Positions 54,662 through 64,000 of a stretch of 64,000 nucleotides of DNA are shown piece by piece. Positions within the stretch are counted from its first letter, which is position 1. Each line of letters begins with the position of its first letter. Location of the stretch: NCBI RefSeq assembly GCF_009914755.1, contig NC_060929.1; one strand, given 5' to 3'. Position numbers and translations under genes: made by a program. Origin of the DNA: the human T2T-CHM13v2.0 reference genome, Homo sapiens. The notes beneath the pieces were generated by a model that had not been told where the DNA came from, ran no database searches, and worked only from the letters and a program-made list of their open reading frames with translations.

Positions 54662-56879
54662 CTATCTGAGCATAATTATGAGTTGTGTTTGGGGCCTGTG
54701 GTAGGATGTGAGAGTTGGCATTCCCTGCTCTTTGCCTGTCTTTCTACAGTGATGTTCTCCTCCATGGTCCCTGGAATATTCTTCTGTCTCCAGGCCCCAC
54801 AAAACCCAGAACCATTTTGGAGGACAGCATGACAGAGGAAGAGGAATGGCATCGAGAGAGGCACTGTACATGCATTATTTTATTTATCGTCAGAGCAGCC
54901 CGTTTCACTGGGGGAAACTAGGCCCAGAGTGGGTCCAGAACCTACTCCAGGTCACACAGCTGGACAGAGCAGAAGCAGGGGTGGCACTTGCCTCTAGATT
55001 CCACTTTGCCTGTGGCCAGAGCAGCGTTCTGGCCACCCCAGGCCGGAGCACCTCCCTGCTGAGCCCTTTTAAGTAGCCTAGATTTGGAGGCAGAGCAGTG
55101 TAGGCTGGGGTGTAATTAAGTCATTAAGCTGACTGCTCTGGCAGGATGAGGCTTTCTGGCCCACTTGTTCCCGGCTTCAGTAGCACCGATGGTTCCCGGA
55201 GATCATCCTCTTTGTGCAAGTGTTTGACTCAGTGGTCTGTACTGGAATTAGACGGATCCCTTTGCCACCACCTCCGGCCTCTAGGGCTTGTGCTTTGGAG
55301 GCCCAGCCTTCACATGCTTCTCCTCCAGAGTAGGCTGCCAGAGAGAAGCTGCTAGCTGTGTTGGTGCCCTTGACACGGCTGTCCACATTAACTTCAAGCA
55401 CTGCCAAATTGGCAGGTTAAACAGGGAACCATCACGTTTTCAAATTCTGTGTTTATCTTATATTTTATCTACCCCAGAACTCATCTTCAAAAAATGGGGA
55501 AAGAGAGATGAAGGGGATGATAGAAAAACAAGGTAGCTGAACTTGTACTTTAATTGAAAAAAAAAAAAACATAATTACTCTAAGCAAAAAATAGTTGTAG
55601 ACGAAAGCACATGTTCAAAGAAACAAAGTGATCAAAACCATACTAACTTTATGTTTTTTCTCTTCCCACCTAACCTCCAGATTCCTGACTTGTTTCATCC
55701 TACTGGTTCTTTTCAAATTATACCTGTGATAATTCAGCTGTTAAAAGAGGAGTTTTGAAGTCCTGTTAATACGTGACTCGAGGAAAATCCAAGGTAGGGA
55801 GAAAAATTAAACTCCTCCACCGCTCTGGGGAACTTGGCTTTCTAAGGAGACATTGTTTTAAAACCAAGAACAAGCCAGAGATGACCAAGATTAGGTTTTA
55901 TACTTTGCTTCTCAAGTCCTGATCCTAATCCATTAGAGCTAATTTTGCCTGATTCCTTTTCTGTATGCTCTGGGCTTGGGTGGGTTTCTCTTAGATGGAG
56001 GAAGAGTCAGGAAATGGGTTATGGGGAGGGAGAAAGGGACAGATTTCATTAAACTGCCAAAAATAGGTTTATGCCAGTAATAGCACGTATGATGCAAACT
56101 TGCTTCTACATGCAGAATAATCATCTGTATGGGAAGTTGCTTATGAAGATGATGACATTTAAGAGTTTGGCATCCCAGCAGTTTTACCTTTGATCTTGGA
56201 AAACTGCCCAGAGTAACTAAGTCATTTACAATCTGCCTTGCTTGCCATTTGAATTATTTTGAGGGTTGAGGGGGCACTTTCTTCTTCATTGTGCATTACC
56301 GGAGGCCTACTTTCTGATCTAAAAGAAGCAAAATAGGTGAGTCTCACACTCTGTGATTAAATAACACAAGCTTTGCTCTACAGTGACCTTATTTATACTC
56401 CAAATGACAGCCTACAGCAGATCGCATTTGACAAATTTTAATCCTCTTAAACTGAAGTCTGAAACAGATACTCGATAGGCTCTTCATTGCGCCAGAAGTG
56501 ACAATGCTGTGCTCCTCATGAGGCTCCAGTGGAAGCTGAATCCTCACAGAGGGGCAGCCATCTGGGACTCTGGGTGGAGGCCAGCCCACAGCTCTACACC
56601 TCCTGTCTCACCTCCACTCAGCTCTGAGGGTGGGCTGAGGGCAGAAGGAAGTGGAGCTGGAGTTGTAGAGACAGCGGTTTAGTGGAGGGCTCTCTGTCCT
56701 GGCTAGTTGAGGTGCGTGATGGGTAGTGGCAGAGAGAGGGGGTAGGGAGTGGGGTGAGGGAAGTCCAGGGAGCCCCGACAGGTGGAGATGGGGAAGTTGG
56801 GAAGATTGGAAAGAGAGCGTGTAAAGGCAATGAAACATTTCCCCTGCTCCTGAAGAAAAACATGGACGAGGAAGACATG

Positions 56880-57186
56880 GATGTTGAGGCTTTAAAGCTG
56901 ACTTTAAGTAAGGGAGATTGTTCCAGATTATCTGGGGGCCTGGTTCACTCCACTGAATGGCCTTCAGAGCAGAACTGAGGCTTCCTGATGAAGAAATTCT
57001 GACTGTGCAGAGCAACTTTGGCCCGTGTCCAAGAGTTGAAGTCTGTCTTTTCTGACAGCCTGCCCTATTGATTTCAGACTTGCCTATCCAGTCCCCATAA
57101 TCAGGTAAACCAATTCTGTGCAATAAATCTGTTAATATCTGTCTCCTTCTGATGTGGTTTTACTGGTTAAAACTTGACTGATGCAG
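56880..57186 (+). mobile_element. MLT2 (ERVL) LTR fragment
   Basis: gactttaagtaagggagatt...gaactgaggcttcctgatgaagaaattctg...gcaataaatct. Confidence 0.7.
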
Positions 57187-57199
57187 ATTTGCAGCCTGG

Positions 57200-57610
57200 A
57201 GTCCCCTTCCAAACGTGAGAATTTGTGGCTTCAGCTGCTGGAAGCCTGGCTGTGGCAGAGGCCCTCAGCTGCCAGCTGTCCTTAGGGAGTGCTTTGACTG
57301 AGCAGAGTCCCCTTGCCCCAGGTCACACTCCCTTCCCAGGGCAGCAAAGCTCCAATGACTGTCTGATGTGGGGCTAGAAAGGCTGGGCCCCTGGCCCCAA
57401 CTCTGGGTAAACCCAAGGGCTGCCTCAGCTTCAGAGCTCCCCATGAACTTGGCTGAGACCTTCATTGTGGCTGCATCATAGCCCCACTGCTCCCTTCACC
57501 CCACCCTCCTTTCTTCCCTTCTTACCCAGGCGTTGATTCCCAGAGCACTGCCTGATAAACCTCCTGCCCAAGAATTCTCATCTGCTCCCCAGGAAACCCC
57601 ATCTGTACCA
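57200..57610 (+). mobile_element. LTR16-type ERVL LTR
   Basis: ccttgccccaggtcacactcccttcccagggcagc...gcactgcctgataaacctcctgc. Confidence 0.7.
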
Positions 57611-57829
57611 GGAACCTTACTCCACTGAGTTTCCATCTATTTCCTGCATCTTTGACTTTCCCTTCTTATTCATCTCTTTCCCCTCGCCACATGTAAATGC
57701 TCTAGGCTCTCCCATATTAAAAAGAAACACAACCAGGAAACATAATAACCATTCCTAAATTGTGTCATCCTCAAGTTGTGGCTGGTTTTGTTTGTTTGTT
57801 TGTTTATTTTTTCCATATCCCAACTTCTT

Positions 57830-58400
57830 GAGGAGCTAACTGGACACTGTCTCATCTTCGCCTTCCACTTACTCCTCGATACAGCATGGCTTTTCTCAGC
57901 TGCCATCACTCCCTGAAATTGTTCTCAAGAAGGTCACCAGCAACCTCCTCTTTATTAAAATCCCATGACACTCTTCAGCCTTTCCTATATGTGACCTGGT
58001 GACTGGCAATGTGATTTTCTTTTGCCTTGATGAAGTTGTTGTCTGGCTCCAATAGCCTCCATCGCCCCCTCTGCACTGGATTCCCATATATCTCCCTGGC
58101 TGCTTCCCTTCAGTGTTCTTCATGGACTCCCTTTGTCAGCTGTTCAGTAGCTCCCTTTGTCAGCCTCTTTCTACTCTACACTCTCTCCTTGGGCGATTTG
58201 GCCACATCTGTAATTTCAAAGGTCACCTGTGTGCTTAAAGCCTACCAAATCCTTATTTCTAACCTCAGCCTCTGTCCTGGACTCTGAATGCTGCATATCC
58301 AACTACGGAACGTTTCTCCCTAAATGTTTTATCTTGTCTAATACTGAATTCACCCTCACACATGTTCCTCCCTTCTGAGCTAATAATACAATACATTCTT
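57830..58400 (+). mobile_element. L2 fragment
   Basis: ctgaaattgttctcaagaaggtcaccagcaacctc, ctctacactctctccttgggcgat, catatccaact. Confidence 0.65.
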
Positions 58401-58460
58401 CCCACCAACAGAGCCTGCAGTGATCTTCAATTCCGCACCCCCACCCCACCTCCTCCGCCG

Positions 58461-58506
58461 CTCTCTCTCCCTCTCTCTCTCTCTCTCCCTCTCTCTGTCT
58501 CTCTCT
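58461..58506. repeat. (CT)n microsatellite
   Basis: ctctctctccctctctctctctctctccctctctctgtctctctc. Confidence 0.85.
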
Positions 58507-61500
58507 TTTTCTCAACTCAGCCACTGGTCACTAGGGATTGTGGTATCATCCTCTTAAATAGTGTATTCTCTCAAAGTAGCCCTACTTCTCCCACCTTAAT
58601 ATTTCATCTCAGATCTTCACTGTTTCACATATTTTATAGCATAATAAACAGCGTTTAAAGCTGAGTGATCTGTGCTCCACACTGTGGAGGGCTTGGCTCT
58701 GTCCTTTCTCTGGTTACACCGCTAACCACAAGTCAAGAAGTCCATAGGACCTACAGGACATTGCCACCATGGGCCCACACACCCCAATTCCAGGCCATGT
58801 TTCCATACCTAGAACTGTGGATTCCCTGTCCAAATGGCCTGAGCCTGCTTCCAGGGCTGACGTGGGACTCTCCCACAGATCCATGCCCCCACGTGTATTC
58901 TCCATTGCTGGAGTGCATGCCTGTAGGCTTGAAAGTGGCAACAGGTGGCTGTTTGCAGCGGGGAGGGACAGAGGCTGGACGGAGGAGTCAGATAGTTCAT
59001 ATGCACATGTGTGCAGAATTTCTTGTGGTTCTAGATGGAGCTGGGGTGTCAGGCAGAGGGAGAACAGGGGTAAGCTGTGACTACTTTCAGTCTTTCTCCC
59101 AGCCCCATGAATGCTGGGGAAGAGGGTTCTGGTTATGAAGCATCTTTTATACACCAAGTACAAAGCTAAATAATGGGAATTAAAGATGAACCAGACATAC
59201 TCATTGCCCTCCAGAAGCTCAGGAACAGACAAGAAGGGGAGCCATTATAAAATGAGATGAAATCCATTTTCATAAAGGCATGTTTGAAGAGCTGTGTGGG
59301 GTGGCAGGGTCAATCCCTGCCAGATAATAGGGAAAGACTTCTCGCATGGGAGAACATTTGACCTGAAATTTGAAGCTTGAGAGTAAGTTTGCCAAACCTG
59401 AGAAAGCCACTGTCAGCAAAGAAAACAGCAAACATTCAAAGAACCATGGGCGGCTTAGTGGGCTGGAAGCTCTGGGAGAGGTGGCTGGAAAGGCATCAGG
59501 ACTGTCATGAAGGGGCTTGTGGGGTTTGCTTAGGAGCTTCTACTTCATCCCAAAGGCCATGGGGAAGCTTTATGCATTTAAAGTTGGGGACTCAGTTGGT
59601 ATTAGCCACACGTTTGAAAGATTTCTCTGGACTAGCCTCTTAAGGGGTTTCCTCTTCTCCAGCATCCACACCCCTCACTGAGAGTCCAGCCATCACCCTG
59701 CTGCCAATCTCAACCTTCTGAAACCCACATTGGATGCTGTCACTCTTCTGCTTCTTCCCATTGCCTCCAGGTGAGAGCCGCATTTCCACTCCCTTTCTGT
59801 CCAGCCCCTCTCCTGCCTGCTCAGTCTCTGCCATGTGCTTCTTCTGTTGCAGACATACCCCATCGCTGGCCCCACCCCAAATACACCACACTTTCAGATT
59901 ACTCTGCACCAATGCTCTTCTCCAAATTGCCAGCCTGAATAAGTCCTTATCTTTCAGGCAGTATAGGTGGAGAGAAAAGAGCACAGGTTTTACATACAGA
60001 TTGATCAGGGGTGTAGTCCTGGTTCTGCCACTTCCTGGCTCTGTAATGTTCAGCAGGCCACTGAAACTCTGAGCTTTGGCTGCCAAACCTCTCTAAGGGA
60101 CATAACACCCACTTTTCGAGGCTACTGTGAGGATTAAATGCAATAACAGAGGTAAGTGTGTGGCGTGAGCACAGCCGACTGCACCTGGAGTGAGCCTGCT
60201 GGACCCACAAGCCTGCTGGACTTCAGCTTTCCCCGCAACAGACCCCTGCTGCGCTTCCCAGTATGTACATCTGGAATCTGTCTTAGTTCCTTGCTCTAAC
60301 CCAGCCTGGTTCCTGCCACATTCTTCACACCAAGGGAGGCCCTGCTCCCCAAGCCCCAGCCATTGCCTGGTGTCCTGCTGCAAACCCAGGGGATCCCTGG
60401 AGGCCACGATGCTGCCATTTGCCCGCACTCCAGCCCCTCTCCACCACCATGTCAGCCCCTGCCAGAGATGGATGCTGACACCCATGGATCCGAGCTCATT
60501 GCATTGTTTGGATGTAATTTTGATTTCATTGCTATTCACCTACAAAGTTGCCTAGCTCCTAAGCCCAAGTTCTGCCTTTTTCCACCTTATTCGCATCTTC
60601 CCATCAGCTAGCAAAGGATGGCTTTGAAATCTGTGCCTTATACACTGTACAATAAGTCCCATGGCTTATGACCATAACTAAGGTGATTATGTAATTTATT
60701 ATCTAAATCATTACTTTTTGAGACTGAAAGGGCACAATCAGAGTTAACTAAATGTGTGGTCATTCAACCCATAACCCAGATAGCATTGGTCACTGGGGAG
60801 ATGCAAGAGTGAGCCCAAGAAAGAAATTTTTGTCTTCATCTATCTCCTCTATGGGCTGTGCCTATGTTGCCTTCAGCTGTAGAGACGTCACTTGTAATTT
60901 TAGTTTGTTCTCATCAGCCCGCTCTGTTGTTATGGTTCACCTAGGGAAGCATCCAGCCACTAAGAAATAGAAGGGAGAACAACGCTTCACTGCCTGCCAT
61001 GCCTGAGGCGCAGAGCGGCTGTTGGCTGCTCTGCCAGGAGCTCTGCAGGGACATGGCAGCCGTGCTCCGTGTGGGTGGGAAAGGTGGCAGCATTTTGCGG
61101 TGCTCGTCATTCTTATTTGACAACTGTTTGGGGTTTTAGAAACTCTTGGCATTGGTTTATAACACCCCACCCACCCTGTCTCGGTAACTACCATTTGCCC
61201 TCCCTACAAGAGGTCATGCCAATTCTGAGATGAGGCAAGGCAGGCTCAGCAGCCCTGGCTGGCTCCCACTCTGACACCTAAAGAGCTTTGTCTTGCCTCT
61301 GGTCAGACTCACAACTTCCTGTACCCCTCAGAATCAAGCCCTTATGAGGGGGTTCAAGTGCCAGAATGCTGACTTCCCACAGACTGGCAATGGAAATGCT
61401 TTCAGAAAGCATATTGAGTTAACATGATTTTTAGTCATTTGCATCATTATGAGAGAATCTGTGGGTGTGTGCCTTAGAGAGTGTGAACACATTTATTCTG

Positions 61501-61727
61501 GCGTTTGATAATATATTGCCATTTAAAGGAAATTCCCTTCAGCTCTTTTATTTCACCATCATGTATGGCCTTGAGCTAGCCCGCCATATGAACCTCCTAG
61601 GAGTAGGGTGAAATGGAGAAAGGAACCAGGACCAAGTTACCCTGTATACGTGACAGAGATAATGGAGGAGGGGGTACAAAAGTGCCCACTGAGGGGCTCA
61701 AATAATACTCTTTAAAGTCTCCCTGCA

Positions 61728-62079
<352 letters not shown>

Positions 62080-62099
62080 TTAAGTCCTCCTAAAACTAG

Positions 62100-62300
62100 T
62101 AATTATTGAGCGATTGCTTTGTACCAGCAGTTCCTAACCCACATAATCACCATGTGAGCAGGCACTGTGGTCCTCACTTTATGGATGTGAACACAATGGC
62201 CCACAGACCTTAAAACAGTTCCCCAAGAGCACACGCTAGTAAGAGGTAGCTCAGAGCCAGGTCTCTTGGCTTTGAAATCTGTGCCTTATACATTGCACAA
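62100..62300 (-). mobile_element. MIR fragment
   Basis: cctcactttatggatgtgaacacaatggcccacaga...cccaagagcacacgctagtaag. Confidence 0.55.
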
Positions 62301-63499
62301 TAGTCCTCTCAATTTTATGCTGCAGACCTTAGCCACAACGGAGAGATTCAGTTCTGTGTGTGGTCCATTTATCATAATGACTGTCATCTCGGGTAGAATA
62401 GACAAGGACAAAATGTATACTGCCTACCTTTTTGAAAAAGAAGTATATTTGGTTGTTCTGGGATAAGGGATGGGGAAGAGAGTGAAAGCATTCAAATTAA
62501 ATTATAAGGATATGATAGGCCAATTTAAAGATAATCAAAGTCTTTGGGTTTTCATTATTTTATTTTGCTTGGATTATTCTTGAATTGGCTGGAACTCCAA
62601 ATCATGCTTAGAATTAATTCCCCAAATCTTGCATTTAGGAAAATGGCCTCAGAATGCAATTAATAAAATGGCAAATTTTAATTCATCATTCTAAATTCTC
62701 CATTACTTCAAACACATATTTCAGGCAGATTTGATATATAGGTATTTGAAATTACTAGGAGTCATAAAACAAGGCATTAAGTCTGGAATCTGGAATTTTC
62801 CCTTTAGAATAAACCTGCATTCGATGATTATTCCTACATGAAACTGTGCTATTGCAGCCCTTGCTCCATTATTCAACTTTGTAAATAGGGTAGATGGAAT
62901 CATAGGAAGCAGTGCTGACAGTTACTAAAGTGTAGTTGGAGGCCTTTACAAGTTTAATAAAACGCAGGGGAAAGGGGAAGAAAAAGAATGGGGTTTGCCC
63001 TGGAAAGGAGATTCCAGGGTCAGGAGACAATTGTGTAACTTTCTGAGTTCTGCCCTCCCTGGGCCAGGCCAGGTCACTTGGCCAATTCTTGCCAAAACTT
63101 TTCAACCCAGTGACTCAGGAACTGGACTTTTCCATTCTAGCCTGTGGGAATGTGGCTGTGATTTTATAACTGAAGTCCACAGAACAATGGGATTTGCCTT
63201 TTGAAAAATTGCTTTTCAGACACCAGTACTGCAAAACACCTACTTCTACTGGCTCACCAGTGGAGCTCTTAAAACTTTTTAAAAACACTCAGTTCTTGGG
63301 TGAACAACACACCCAGCCTCTCCCCAATAACTAGAAAAAAAGGTCAGCATCCTCCACATTTGAAGGTCAAAGTCCTGGTCAAAGATGCTGTTTTGATTCA
63401 CCCATGGATAATGGCCAATTTGATAGAAGATATAGAAACAAACAAACAAACAAACAAAGACCATGTAAATCAAGCTTGCCTTTAGATGTTTGGCCTAGA

Positions 63500-63680
63500 A
63501 TAGGGAGTATAGCTTAGTGCCTAAAAACTTGGACTGTGAAGAGAGACAGGTCTGGGTTCCAATCTCAACCACATAGGCAAGTTATTTAAACTCTATAAAC
63601 CTTAGTTTCCCATCTGTAAAATGAAGATGTCGATTGTACTAACATATATTTGTTATGAGGATTACATTTTTAAAAATTCA
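63500..63680 (+). mobile_element. MIR
   Basis: ggcaagttatttaaactctataaaccttagtttcccatctgtaaaatgaag. Confidence 0.75.
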
Positions 63681-64000
63681 CACAAAATACCTGACATAGG
63701 GGAAATAATAAAATCATATTGTATAGACAGAAGCATGCTAAATAGAGGATTCTTGTGTCCACTGAATGCAGGTGCTACTGTGTGAGGCAGACTCAAATGG
63801 CCTCTCAAGTGGCTGGCTTGCTTGCCTCTTTCTCTGCCTTCTTACAGGAAAGCAATTCCTAATGCCTGACATGGCTTGAAAAAAGCTGACAGGGAACAGC
63901 CTCCAGATATAACTGAGCAGGAAGCTAGAAACAGCAATCCCTGCACATTCTGCTAAACTCAAGTTTGAGGGAAATCTGGTGGTGCATCCTGGCTTGGACT

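Noticed and set aside
55012-55036. 9-bp hairpin gtggccaga/tctggccac
   Set aside because: Short enough to be expected by chance in 64 kb
56608-59232. ORFs of 157-172 aa
   Set aside because: The first overlaps an MLT2 LTR and the others overlap each other on both strands; no recognisable protein similarity, and I could not link them to the C5orf67-like exons

Overview
Primate (most likely human) genomic DNA rich in interspersed repeats: Alu, L1, L2, MIR, MaLR/ERV LTRs and DNA-transposon fossils. There is no prokaryote-type system, CRISPR array, tRNA or rRNA, and almost all ORFs in the track are chance or repeat-derived. The landmarks are a CpG island/promoter at ~20.7-21.4 kb, two convergent ERV9/LTR12 solo LTRs (27.6-28.9 kb and 37.9-39.2 kb), a full-length RPL26 processed pseudogene (44.5-45.1 kb, minus) and two minus-strand exons (53684-53847 and 51675 leftwards). 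The two exons splice in frame to '...NNNSPELQVK|EILL*', which matches my recollection of the C5orf67 predicted protein C-terminus. From memory and not database-verified, this suggests human 5q11.2 between ANKRD55 and MAP3K1 (LINC01948 / RPL26P19 / C5orf67). I found no convincing new biological system. The most interesting observations are TE-derived exons and poly(A) signal of a probably young gene, the asymmetric decay of the LTR12 pair, back-to-back G-quadruplex motifs in the CpG island, a twin-primed L1 and several small unexplained duplications and hairpins. Repeat subfamily names come from pattern recognition, and boundaries of old repeats are approximate.
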